A DNA stretch of 64,000 nucleotides from Eledone cirrhosa (lineage: Eukaryota), in contig OZ024742.1 of assembly GCA_964016885.1 (NCBI GenBank), positions 322,648,001 through 322,712,000 on the forward strand, written 5' to 3'. The position numbers were made by a program, and so were the translations under genes. Shown here piece by piece: positions 13,200 to 25,815 of the stretch. How positions within the stretch are numbered: position 1 is the first letter of the stretch; each line of letters starts with the position of its first letter. The notes beneath the pieces were generated by a model. That model was not told the origin of the DNA, did not search any database, and saw only the letters and a program-made list of their open reading frames with translations.

Positions 13200-13314
13200 T
13201 GTTAAAAAATGGTGACTGGTTTCCTGTTAAGTGGATTGACGTAACAGTGGGAGATCTGGTGAAGATTACCAGTAGCAAGTTCTTTCCTGCTGATTTGCTG
13301 CTCCTGTCTTCCAG
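13200..13314 (+). CDS. ATP8A1: ATP8A-like exon (VLKNGDWFPVKWIDVTVGDLVKITSSKFFPADLLLLSS)
   Basis: ttttcag acceptor, AG|gtaagt donor; A-domain peptide. Confidence 0.93.
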
Positions 13315-14982
13315 GTAAGTCAATTACAGAAGGTAGAAATCAGGCCACTCTAAGGTAAATCAGAAGTGAGTGACCTTATCATTCCTCATGTTACAGTTGT
13401 CACTTTTCACTAAACCAACAGTTTATGACACCTTATTAAATGCTTTACAGAGTGTACTGGTGGCATTTTATTGTGGCACCAACACTATCGCTTTATTGAG
13501 GATACTAAGTACATTTTATCATAGTGCCAGCACTACCTTTTTACAGAGTATATTGGGTGCATTTTCTTGTGGCACTAGCACTACCACTTTACAAGGTTTA
13601 CTGAGTGCATTTTCTTGTGGCACCAACCCTATCACTTTAGAGTGTACTGGGTGAATTTTACCATAGTACTAGCTCTTACCATTTTACAGAGTGTATTGCG
13701 TGCATTTTATCATGACTTCAGCACTACCACTTTACCAAGTGGATTGGGTGCATTTTACCATGGTGCTAACACTAGTGTGTTTGCCTTGAATCTTGTAAGA
13801 CAAAGTGTTACTCAATAAAGCAGGGGTTAGCCATGTGAGCCCTATGACAAATATCTCTGTGTTGCCCTATTTTCTGCCTTCCTCCTCACCAACCCCTTGA
13901 CTTTCATCATTTCCCCTGCCATCATTTTTAGCCATGTCTTTCTTCATCTTTCTCTTCCTCTACTTCTTTCCATTACTCCTGACATCCAGTCACTATCATC
14001 CTTCCTAAAACACATTGCCCAACCATCTCATTCCATTTCTCTTCACAACATTTATCACTGGCTCTATTCCCCATCATTCTCTACAATTCATTGTTTGTCT
14101 TCCTCTCTTTGAGCAATACTCTGCTCATCCACTGAACTATTCTCATTTCCATTCTTTCCAGCATTCTCTGTTGCTCTATGTTCATCTTCCATGTCTCACT
14201 CACAAAAATCATGGCACTTCTCAGCATATATCTTGGTTATTTGTTCTTTTCAGCCTTTGTGATACTATTTGAGAGCACATGACAAAATGAGGTCAACTTT
14301 ACTATAGTTTCTACTTTTTATTGCCATTCAACTGTGTCACCCTATGTACACAATATATCTTATATTCTATACCTATACATAGATTTCCATTGTGTCTCCA
14401 TAACACCATCATGTGTATTCTGGATAGTTATAATAACATAAAGGAAAAAAAAAGAAGAAAAAACAACTAACCATGCATAGAAGGTTACACTAAGCATGAC
14501 TATTAACATATTTGTTGGAAGCTATCTAAACTTGTTCATTCTCCTGTATTCATGAGTCATGGTGTCAGGATGCCTAAGAATAGTATGATTTCTAACTTGT
14601 TTAGTAAGGAAGCTATTGATTGGCTGTGCTGTTTTTGAATGGAAGTGGGCATACTGTTTTTAAATACTTTTAAATAAACATGTAATCAGAATTGTTATAA
14701 TTTTTAAATAATTTATTTTTAAAAGATCAAATACATATCCTCTCAGGTGGGTAGGAAGGTATTACTTCTTCTTCAACCCTCTTTAACCTATAGGGAATTA
14801 TGTTCCCTGGGTAGTCCTCAAGTAATTTTCAGTTATGTAGATCAGCATGTTTATACTGTAGGGATAGAGTGCTGGGCTTAGGCTGTGTCCGCTAGGAAAT
14901 AGTATGGTCCTTATGTATTTTTACATATTGAATCCAATGTATTTCCAAATTTCTCTGTCATATATTGATTCTAGTTCTAGCA

Positions 14983-15145
14983 TATCAATAATAATAGTTT
15001 CTAATTCCACCATAGGTACCTATCAATAATAATAGTTTCTAATTCCACCATAGGTACCTATCAATAATAATAGTTTCTAATTCCACCATAGGTACCTATC
15101 AATAATAATAGTTTCTAATTCCACCATAGGTACATATCAATAATA
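14983..15145. repeat. 38 bp tandem repeat, about 4.3 copies
   Basis: Unit tatcaataataatagtttctaattccaccataggtacc at 14983, 15021, 15059, 15097 and 15135 (partial). Confidence 0.95.
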
Positions 15146-16212
15146 AAAATAAAAAACCAATAATAGTTAAATATCAAAATTGATTAATTAACAAAAGAAA
15201 ACCAATACCAATTAATCAGCAAAATGGTCAATACCAATTTTTTTTTTTTTTTTTTTTTCTCCAATTAATTTATCAACTATACTCCTTATTAAACACTTTG
15301 AACATGTAATCCAATGAAAGAGCCTCTGTCAGAGTTTTCTAAATTCACATTGGCGACACATCATCATCATTATTATCATCACATGGTTGTGAAGTGACCT
15401 CATTAACCACACACACACATACACACACAACCATGCCCTTTTCAAAATTCTTTGTCTTTTCTTCCACTTTTCCTCTTCCCCTTCATATCATCATCATCAT
15501 CAACAGTGATATGAAGGCTTAAGTGTTTAATTTATTTATTTTCAGTTTTAATTTTTTTTAGTTTTAATTGAAATCCTTTAACCTCTAGGATTAAATATTT
15601 TTCCTTGTTTGTTATTATTGTTATGTATTTTTTCCTTTTGCTTATGTTTTGTTATACCTAACACTCTCCCCTGCATTTATTGATTCTATGACAACATTGC
15701 ATCCACTTACATCATCATCAGTATCATTATCATCTCTTTGTCATCTCATCATCATAATCACCATTATCATCACCATCAACATCATCACCATCACAACTAT
15801 ATCCTGTCTTTTGTCAGCCAGTTCACTGATTTCTGATTCAGTCAGTAAGTTGGACTTAAGCTGGATTGCCTCATTTTATTATTATAACAATAATGATTAC
15901 CACCATCATTACTCTACTACTACTACTACTACTGCCACCAACAACACTGATGCTGTTGTTGTCTGGCTGAATAAACAAACCACTATGCAGAGGGGTCTTT
16001 AGGTTTTTAACAGAGTAGTTAGCTAATAAGTAGCTTTAATTATCTTTGACAAATGTTGATGTAAAGATATGATGGTACTTAGCTGTCCATCTGGTGGGGG
16101 AAGCATATTGGTCTGCTTGGACAGTGTATTGATCTGGTAGGGTAGTGCACCTGGACCTGCAGGATATTGATTTGGTCAGTATTAATGCTGACTAGTATCA
16201 GGTTCAAGGTTG

Positions 16213-16316
<104 letters not shown>

Positions 16317-16348
16317 CGCACACACGCACGCATGCACACACACACACA

Positions 16349-17158
16349 CAGGGTGAGTCATAAGTAACCAGGGCCATGCAACATTTATGTATCCTTCCTT
16401 TAAGCTGCAGAACATTTCTCGGTTTTTTAGCATAGACTGAATTCTCCAGTATACCCCAAAGGAAAAAGTCAAAAGGTGTAAGATCAGGAGATCAAAGAGG
16501 ATACTCAATAGGCTCAGTGTCTGATCCATCTACATGGGAAGTGTTCATCAGGCCAGTTGCATGCAACACAACTGTAATGAGGTGCGCCATCTTGCCAGAA
16601 CCACATCTCACAAGGATGTGGCCATTTCATAAAACTTGGCAGTAAATCATTGTTGGGTATTGCCACATAGTTGTTACTCATCTCAGTTTCTTTGAAAAAG
16701 AATGGCCCGACCAGACCTGAAGCACAAATCCCAATCCAAACTGACACCAATAGTGTTGACTTCCTTCTCGAGGATTAGCTGCAGATTTTCACTTGCCTGT
16801 TGGTTCAAAACATTGAATGAGACTTGATACCATGTCTCTTTTTACTGACTATTCAGATTTTTCTTGAAATTAACATGTCTCGCTCTTATTGTACATTTGG
16901 TAAAAGTTTTTATTATGAAGACATACTGTTCAATTGTTTATTGCCAGCCACTCCCATGATGAATTGGGCTTCGGTTTTGAGTGCATAAAATAGAGATAAA
17001 AACTAACCCCCTATTATTCAGTTAATACTACAACGCATCATCAGGCATTGTGCATTATGTCATTCATGCACAAAACATGGCTGATCTCACAAATAAGCGG
17101 GTGTTCTAAAATAGCAATAAAAATGCATTGACTGCCTTGTTTCTTATGACTCACCGTG
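16349..17158 (-). mobile_element. Internally deleted Tc1/mariner-superfamily DNA transposon
   Basis: TIRs CAGGGTGAGTCATAAG / CTTATGACTCACCGTG; transposase remnants VWIGICASGLVGPFFF, WQDGAPH, RSPDLTPFDFFLWG. Confidence 0.88.
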
Positions 17159-18246
17159 TGTGTGTGTACACACACACACACACATACACATTGTGTGGTT
17201 AATGCCTTCGCTCATCGTCCGAAAGATACTCGGTTTGATTCCTCATCAATACCTTTTAGTCCTACCCATGCTAGCATGGAAAATGGATGTTAAACGATGA
17301 TGATGATCGCACACAAACACATATATATTATGCCCTCAGATGAAATTTTGATTTTAGCTTGATTAATAAGTATGATGAGAAGATTGATACTGGAGTCAGG
17401 TTCTATAACGTACATAACTGGTCGATAATCAATAAAATCACTAATATGAAACTTCATCTTGTTACACTTAATTTATACACTACCTAGTATTGAGTGCAAA
17501 TATTGGTACCACCTGCAGTAACACACAATCTTACTGAATTATTGAATAAACTAATATATATATATGTATACATACACACATACATATACACTTACACATA
17601 CTCCACTCCCCTCTGTGAAGAAATTTAGACCCTCCAACATACTTTTCCAACTTCTCTATCAACCTTCTTCACCATTAATCCCCCCTCTCCTAACAATTCC
17701 CTCTCTTCACTATCTCCCTCCTCACTCTCCATTCACTTACATGCTTCATACCTGCCTCATTGCCCAACTCATGCCAGCATAGATGTGTTCATCTTTTGCC
17801 TCCTGTCCTTTATCATTAAAACACCTAAGGAACCTTTTTAGGAGGCTTGACAAACCTACTTAGTTGTGAGATATAATAACAGCATTATTTATGGATTATT
17901 GATACATAAAGATGCTTGTTTTAAGAAGTAACAAAAAGGGTTGGTGTCAGGAAGGGCATCCCACTGTAAAACATTGCTTTAAAAAGAACTCCATGATGAT
18001 TATGAAGCCTATCATGAGACCTGCAGAGCTAATTCCTGCTTTAGCATGGAAAATGTCCTTAAAATGCTTGTTGATATGCACGATCACAAAGAGACCAGTA
18101 GAAACTAGGGAGGAGTGGTGTAGTAGGTGAAACAGACCTTTTATTAACTGGTTGAGGCATTTGGAGGAGGACCTAGGAGGCAAGAGGAACTAAGACTTCA
18201 GGTTAAGATTTTTTTTTTAAAGTACAATGTTATTTTAATTTTCCAG

Positions 18247-18316
18247 TGAGCCCCAAGGTATGTGTTACATAGAAACCTCCAACCTGGACGGGGAAACCAA
18301 CCTTAAAATACGCCAA
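18247..18316 (+). CDS. ATP8A1: ATP8A-like exon ([24 protein letters not shown])
   Basis: ttccag / gtaagt; DGET dephosphorylation motif. Confidence 0.96.
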
Positions 18317-18544
18317 GTAAGTTTTAAAGTTATTTTTTTATCATTAACTTTTTTGATACTAAACTTCCCCCAAGCCACACTTGATACTATGATATTTAAG
18401 ATATTTTCTATTTCTCTAAAAACCTTCCATCATCATTTTATGTAAGAACCTTTATGTTCCAATCACCAGCTTAATAATGAGAAAGTTGGTTATATTTTTA
18501 AATCTTTTTAAATTTATTATTTTCAAAACTATTTGAGACGTGTT

Positions 18545-19400
18545 CAGATTTTAGGTAGAGGGGCCTGTTCGAAAAATATATTGCAGTCTCCATTTCATGC
18601 TGTAAAATCTGACGATAGGCCTGCGACCTGTCCTGGGAGATGTGGGATGGACACACAAAGATTGCTTATCCCAAGACAGTATGGCTGAAGTGAAAATTAG
18701 TGCTGCAAAAACTGAGAGACTCGTCCTCTCAAGAAAGCTTGCGCAGTACACCCTACATGTGAATGGTGTTCCACTGAAGCAGGTGGAGAAGTTCTAGATT
18801 CTTGGGGCTGTGTTCACGAGTGATAGAAGGCAGGAGGAGGAATTAAATGTAAGAATTGCAGGAGCTGGTGCAGTAATGCCCCAGTTTCAGCATTTGGTAA
18901 TCAGAAGGGAGGTAGGTGTAAAAACCAAACTCGCTGTCTTCAATTCAGTATTCGTGCCAACCCTTACCTATAGTCATGAATCTGGGTAATGACCAAAAGA
19001 ATACAATCGCAAATACAAGCAACCAAAGTGGAGTTCTTCCGATGGGTTTTTGGAGTAATGTTACTCAATAGGGTGCATAGCTTGAAGATCAGAGAGTTGC
19101 TCCAGGTAGAGCCGCTACTTCTCTGAATTGAGGGATCACAGCTCCGATACTATGGGCACGTGATTAGAATGTCTTGGGAAAGAATCGCTGGATAGATTTT
19201 ATGGGCAAAACTAACCAACAGGAGATCCAGGAGTAGACCCTGATCAAGATGGTTGGAAAACATTGATGAGCTTGGTTGGTCACGCTTGGGAATCCAGTCG
19301 GATCAGTTGGAAATGGTTGCTTCTGACAGGACCTGCTGGAAGAAGTGTTTGAGGACTCTTCCCCCACGACCCACTCAGGGATAAGTGGGTGAAGAATAGA
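18545..19400 (+). mobile_element. RTE-clade LINE 3' fragment inserted into a piggyBac-type MITE (~18344-19462)
   Basis: Same family as 540-1330; AACTATTTGA repeated on both sides (likely TSD); MITE halves resume on each side. Confidence 0.82.
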
Positions 19401-19818
19401 AAATAACTATTTGAAAACCAGAGGCAGTATTTTTCATTAGAAATATGGTAATGAAAGAGCTAAAATGTATGGAAGGAAGAAGGAGACATAGAGAAGCTGC
19501 TCATGAAATTAACATGTAAGTGGCTGAGTATTCCATAGACATATGTACTCTAAATATAATTCTGAGGGAAATTGAGCATGACAATATGTGACAAGGCTAG
19601 ACCTTTGAATTACAAGTACAACCCATTCAATTATCTTCCAGTTTCTGTCTGCCCAATGTCAATTAGAAGGTTTAGCTTGACTCAAGGTCATGTTACTGTT
19701 TATTAGTGTTTTCCAGGATTTTACCTCAAACAGCTGAATTATGTTCAGTTTAAGTGTTTGATATATCACAGACGTTAGTTAAATTCTTGACGTGTTTGTA
19801 CTTGTTACTGTTTTACAG

Positions 19819-19946
19819 GGTTTACCTCAAACATCCGGGTTACTGACACATCAAGACCTCATGGAACTCAGTGGAACCGTTGAATGTGAAACACCAAATC
19901 GTTTTCTCTATGATTTTGCTGGCAATATCCGGCCATCTGGCAGACA
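19819..19946 (+). CDS. ATP8A1: ATP8A-like exon (GLPQTSGLLTHQDLMELSGTVECETPNRFLYDFAGNIRPSGRQ)
   Basis: ttttacag / gtaagt; in phase with both neighbours. Confidence 0.94.
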
Positions 19947-20576
19947 GTAAGTTTTGCAAACAAAAGCCAATGATTTTTAGAGGTTGAAAAAGTAGAGTAC
20001 ACAAGTATCACCTTTTTTCATAACTCTTAATGTCCTGAGCCACATGAAACTACATTAGCAAGACATTTTTTAAATGTACAAAAATAGTACTATGACTGCA
20101 TCACATTAAAAATTACTTTCATAAAAACTTTTACAACAATCTGTCCACTAGTAAAGATTTCTTTTTAGATATTTTCTGCTGACTCATTACAGATTGTTCA
20201 GAATTAATAAACTAAACATTGAAGGCATTGTCTTAGTGGTTTAGATGTTGAACTCATTATCATATGGTTAGGGTTTCAATTCTTAGTATGGACGAGGCAT
20301 TGTGTCATTGAGCAAGTTGCTTCATTTCACATTACTCCATTCTACTCAATAGGACAAAATGAATGCAACAGCTGGAGGTTAGCCCTTACAACAAACTTTT
20401 CATGATAAAAATTGTGTCCCCTATCTTTAAAATTCCTGAGAAACTTCCTATGAAATGGCACCTTATAGGTGTCAGCTAAACCTCCTTATCATTTATGTAT
20501 TCTCTCCCTTCCACCCCACCCAACACTTCTGTTATTTAATCACAACTGACTACTACATCTTGTTCTTGTATTACAG

Positions 20577-20647
20577 AGCTATTCCTTTGGGGCCTGACCA
20601 GTTGTTATTACGAGGTGCTATGTTGCGAAACACCAAATGGATCTTTG
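20577..20647 (+). CDS. ATP8A1: ATP8A-like exon (AIPLGPDQLLLRGAMLRNTKWIFG)
   Basis: ttacag / gtaagt; LLRG..LRNT motif. Confidence 0.95.
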
Positions 20648-20730
20648 GTAAGTACCAGTTAAGTACTGGTGTCAATTTGACCATCTCTTCTCCACTAGAA
20701 ATTGCTGGTCTTGTGCCTAAATTAGAAACC

Positions 20731-21118
20731 AGTGTGCTTCATGAAAGATGGGTGAAAGTGGTGATTGATGAGACTAAATGGTCCTACTCTATGCTTTGCT
20801 AAGCAGGGAGAAAGAAACTAGAAAGGGTATTTCTAATGCTCTTGATGTGATAGTAATCCAGGATTTTTTTCTCATGTTTTCCTTGAAATTACCCTCAGAA
20901 AGTGACCTTCTATATGGGAATAGTTCCTAGTTGACTTTTGATATAATTCTGTATTGTTATCATTACTATTTATTACAATTGTTATTGTTATATCTACTGT
21001 TTTCCCGATTTTGATGTCTTCTTCCCTTCACTTGATGGAAATCACATTGTATATTGTGTTGTTTGTCATCATTGTATTGTTCCTAATGTCTTGGGTTCTT
21101 GTGGCCAATAAAAGAAAT
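20731..21118 (+). mobile_element. Old Tx1-family 3' end
   Basis: atgaaagatgggtgaaagtgg identical to the ORF2 end at ~10177; tail cttgtggccaataaaagaaa. Confidence 0.8.
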
Positions 21119-21164
21119 CATTTTTATAAAATTTATTATTATTATTTATTCCACTAATCCACAG

Positions 21165-21262
21165 GTATTGTTATTTACACTGGTCATGAAAGTAAGCTGA
21201 TGCTTAACACTACCTCTGCCCCTCTGAAGCGATCTAATGTGGAAAAAATTACAAATAAGGCT
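21165..21262 (+). CDS. ATP8A1: ATP8A-like exon ([32 protein letters not shown])
   Basis: ccacag / gtaagt; YTG.E.K and KRS motifs. Confidence 0.95.
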
Positions 21263-21558
21263 GTAAGTAATTTATCTTCCTTGTTTGTTGTTGTTTAAAC
21301 CCTGGGTCAGTCCTGTTCAAGCAGATATATGAACAAAGGTGTTCAAGCCATAGCCATTTACCTTTTGTTTTGTTTTATTTTTTTTATTCTTTTACTGTTT
21401 TCAGTCATTAGATTGTGCCTATGCCGGGGCACCACCTTGAGATTTAGTCAATCATATTGGCCATAGCATTTTAAAAAACTTTTTATTGATTTCTTTTTGT
21501 TGAACCTCTAAATTACAAAGACATAAGCAGTAAACGTAAACTCATTTGCCCAGATATA

Positions 21559-21656
21559 CAGGGTGTCCCCCCCAAAATGTATACATACTTCAGCATTCTA
21601 ATAAATACTGCCTGTACAGGTAGTCAAAGTGTGTATACATTTTTGGGGACTCCCTA
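21559..21656. mobile_element. ~100 bp Tc1/mariner-type MITE
   Basis: TA flank, TIRs CAGGGTGTCCCCCCCAAAATGTATACA / TGTATACATTTTTGGGGACTCCCTA; second copy at 55057-55158. Confidence 0.8.
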
Positions 21657-22774
21657 TATATATAATATATAAAAGGCTTTTGCAGTTTCCACTTTTCAAA
21701 TTTCACAAAGCATTGGTCAACTCCAGGCAAAAGACAATTGCCAAAAATGTCATGCAGTGGAATTGGATCCAAAACCACTTGGTTGCAAAATGACCTGAAC
21801 CACACGTCCACGTCTGCACCTAGATATACAAAATTGTTTTGCATATGTACAATCATTAGAGCATTGAATCTTGCTGTATTTGTTCTGGCTCTTTACACTC
21901 TGGGCTCAAATCTCACAAAGGTCAACATTGCCCTACATCCTTTTAGGAGCAATAAAATAAAATACCAGTCAGGTCCTGAGGTATATTTGATCAATTGACT
22001 CAAGTTTCCATTAAATTTATGACTTTGAACCCAATGTTAGAAAATTATCATCATTATTAATATTACTTAAAACCATACATAAGCGAGACACAGATCCCTG
22101 GCCTGTCTGGGAGATCAGTGGCTTTGCTTCAGTACTCACTTGGTCTGTATAGACCTATCCAACTCTTGCTAGCAGAGAAAGCTGACGTTAAAATGATGAA
22201 TATTACCACTACAAAGGTGGATTGGCAGAATCATTAGAGCATCAGTCAAAATATTTTGAGGAATTTCTTCTGCCTCTTTACACTTCGATCCCACTGAAGT
22301 CAGCTTTGCCTGTGATCCTTCTAGAATTGATAAAGTACCAGTCAAGTACTGCAGTCAATTTAATCATCTTTCTCCATTCCTCAAAATTGCTGTCCTTGTG
22401 CATAAATTAGAAACCCCCATCATCATCACTACTACTACTAATCATCATCATCATCATCAACATTTAACATCCGTGTTCCGCGCTTGCATGGGTTTGGACG
22501 GGGATTTTCCCACTTGAGGCAAGAGTGATTGTCTTGCTCGCATAGGACTGTCTGGCAGGTTTTCTACAGTTGGATGCCCTTCCTAACACCAACCACATTT
22601 ACAGTGTGGGGCTGGGAGGTTTTTACCGTGTTGCCTACACGGCCACATTACAGCGTGGACTGTGTGTTTTTTTGTCGTGACACCTACACAATCTCATTTG
22701 TTTCGGCCTGGATGTTGTGGCACCAACATAACTTTACATTGAAAGGGGCGGTGTGGATGGTAATAATAATAATA

Positions 22775-22940
22775 ATTGTTTCTACTTTTGCCACAAGGCC
22801 AACAATTACCCAGTGTATTACTGGTACTTTATTTTATCAACCCCGTAAGGATGAAAGGCAAAGTTAACCTCGGTGGGATTTGAACTCAGAATGACAAGGG
22901 CCATAACTCTATGCGTCAAAGCATGGTGTCCAACCACCTA
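22775..22940 (-). mobile_element. tRNA-like SINE (same family as 29645)
   Basis: Reverse complement of the core GCCTTTCATCCTTACGGGGTTGATAAAATAAAGTACCAG. Confidence 0.85.
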
Positions 22941-22990
22941 ATAATAATAATAATAATAATAATAATTTCTTTTTTTTCTGACTTGTGCAG

Positions 22991-23099
22991 ATCCTGAACC
23001 TGTTTGTGCTGTTGATATGTCTCTCACTGTTGAGTGCCATTGCTAGTTTTGTGTGGACTCACAACCACGTGAACAGGGATTGGTATCTAGGATATGCAG
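22991..23099 (+). CDS. ATP8A1: ATP8A-like exon, TM3 (ILNLFVLLICLSLLSAIASFVWTHNHVNRDWYLGYA)
   Basis: tgcag / gtaggt; hydrophobic helix followed by WYL. Confidence 0.93.
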
Positions 23100-23270
23100 G
23101 TAGGTTCTCTCTCTTCCTCCATTCCCCTCTTTATATACATATGTGTATTTGAGCATAAAACTCTTGGCTCTTGAATCAATGGAATAACTTCACAGCAATA
23201 ATATATATATCCAATTAAAAAACGGAGTTAATTTAATGAGCTTGAGGAATAGATTCCGGGCTCTTTATAA

Positions 23271-23502
23271 ATCAGCATATACAGAGGAGTACACATAGCG
23301 GTATGTTCAATCATAGGAGATATAAAACCACCAGAGTGGTGAACATATTGACTATGAAAGGAAAGGTGAATACAAATCAATTAAAATAATAAATTAAAGT
23401 GTACTAAACATCAACCTTTTGTAGTCAATATGTTCATCACTTTGCTGGTTTTTGATCCCCTATGATTGAATACATATCTCTATGTGTACTTCTCTCTATA
23501 TG

Positions 23503-23507
<5 letters not shown>
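23271..23507. repeat. Diverged inverted repeat, ~95 bp arms
   Basis: atcagcatatacagaggagtacacatag...gaacatattgacta versus tagtcaatatgttc...ctatgtgtacttctctctatatgctgat. Confidence 0.85.
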
Positions 23508-23550
<43 letters not shown>

Positions 23551-23582
23551 TTTACATATACATAAACTAGACAGAGCCATAG

Positions 23583-23614
<32 letters not shown>

Positions 23615-23627
23615 TTTTGGCAACCAT

Positions 23628-24113
23628 TCACGGTGTGGCTCAATGATGAATTAATTAAATAATCAACAATCAGAGCAATATATAAGAAAGTAAGTCCATA
23701 GAATCATTTGATAAAATATATACACTATTTCTCCTCCCAATCAGCATAATTAACCACACAAAAAATCAATTAAACGAGGCTATAAATTTAAAATGTGCCT
23801 ATGAAGAAACAATAGATAAATAAATGATAGCTATTTTATCCGCGATCCACAGCCACAGAAGATTTACCCAGTATTTCTATTAGCCCATAGAAATTGATTA
23901 GAAATATAGCCAACCATACACAATTAGGTACAAATCCAAAGTTAGAAGAAAAAATGTACATAAACATTATTTATCTATTGTTTCTTCATAGGTACATTTT
24001 AAACTTATAGCCTCGTTTAATTGATTTTTGTGTGTGGTTAATTATGCTGATTGGGAGGAGAAATACTGTATATATTTTATCAAATGATTCTATGGACTTA
24101 CTTTCTTATGTAT
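23628..24113 (-). mobile_element. PLE-like repeat copy with a ~148 bp fold-back (arms 23678-23826 and 23965-24113)
   Basis: 23628-23965 is colinear with 55918-56260; arms are near-perfect reverse complements; flanked by (TA)n; strand inferred from the hammerhead in the sister copy. Confidence 0.8.
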
Positions 24114-24559
24114 ATATATATATAAGATAATTATGTGTGGTAAAGTCTTTACCATGAAAACATAATAGTAAATATAGAGTAATGAAATGTTAAAGGGTTA
24201 AAATAATATTGAACCTAGGAAAAATGTGGAATAAATTCATTTATACATTTTACACATGTAAAATGATTATACCTCGAATGTTTATGCTCTTTTTAATTGC
24301 TGCTTATACAAGCACATTGAGCTTTAAATTCTCTTGCCATATCATAAATGGATTTTTCAACTTGTCAACCACCCCCCCTCTCTCTCTCTACACACACACA
24401 CTCATATACATCTATCGCTCATGTATATTGTTTCTCTTGTTTATACAACTAAACCTATAAAGAATCTAATGTTGAGTATGAAACCTGTTGTATGGCCTTA
24501 AAAGTTTTGTTGTTTTTGTGGTATAGTTGTCTTAATTATTATTCATTTATTTATTTCAG

Positions 24560-24687
24560 AAATGACCCCTAGCAATTTTGGCTATAATTTGTTAACATTC
24601 ATCATTTTATACAACAACTTGATTCCTATCAGTCTGCAAGTGACTCTTGAGGTGGTCAAGTTCATCCAAGCAATCTTCATCAACTGG
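24560..24687 (+). CDS. ATP8A1: ATP8A-like exon, TM4 ([43 protein letters not shown])
   Basis: tttcag / gtaagt; PISL motif diagnostic of P4-ATPases. Confidence 0.97.
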
Positions 24688-25569
24688 GTAAGTGTTAGAA
24701 TATAAAAATCCCTATTGTTTGTTATTTCAATTGTTTTTCAAAATAACTACAACACTGCCATCACTACCAACCCTTTAACCCTTTTGTTGACATATTTATA
24801 ATGAAATAACTTACCGATGTATTTTAAATAATTTTGAAAATATCTCAAGAATTCAGCAGTATAGCTAACTTTCTTCTTGTTTATCTACTGTTGAGAACAC
24901 AGATTAACAAAAGTTCTTACACAAAATACTGGAAGGTTTTTAGATAAATATAAAGAGTTTATTTCTTTTGTTAGCATATAAGGGACTCCATGAAAGGTGC
25001 TGATGTTGGTGCTATAACAAAAGAGCATGTAACCCTCTGCAATGTGATTGTGCTGGTGACATGACAAATAAGCATCCAGTCCACCCTATAAAGTAGTTGT
25101 GGTGGCATGATAGAAGGCACCTAGTCTGCCCTGTGGAATGGTTGGGTTGGGTTGGTGTCACAACAAAAAGCACCCAGTTAGCCCTGTAAGGTGGTCATGT
25201 TGGTGACACAACAAAGAGTACACAGTCTGCCCTGTTGAATGGTGGTGTTATATATGTGACAATAAATGCCCAGTCCACCCTGTAATGTGGTCGTTTTGGT
25301 GCCATGACAAAGCCTTCGTCTCATTTTAAAGTGGTTGTGTTGGTGACACAACAAAAAGCATTCAGTCCTCACTATAAAGTGGTCATGTTGGTGTCACGAC
25401 AATAAGCACCCAGTTCACATTAAATGTGGTTGGGATTAGGAAGTACATCCAGGTGTAGAAATCAAGCCAAAAACAGTTCTCTATGGGCAAAACATGGTCA
25501 TCTCATCTGACTTGTTTCACAATGAGACAACTCAACTAACCCATGCTAGTGTGGAAAAATGGAAGTTAA

Positions 25570-25815
25570 ATGGTGATGATGATGATAATCACTGCCACCA
25601 CCATTGCCACTACTACTATGACTGTCACCACCATCACTTTTATTACTAGCACCTCCACTACTACTACTATTACAATCACTGCCACCACTGTCACTATTAC
25701 TAATATTACCAGCACAAGTTACACCATCACTACTGCTACTACTGTCACCACCATCAATACTATTATTACCACCACCACTACTGCTATTACTACTACCAGC
25801 ACCAGTTACCATCAC
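25570..25815. repeat. Degenerate (ACY)n trinucleotide low-complexity tract
   Basis: Direct reading. Confidence 0.85.

Noticed and set aside
14983-15145. CRISPR-like array (also the ~40 bp repeats at 25000-25430)
   Set aside because: Eukaryotic intron, no unique spacers and no cas genes.
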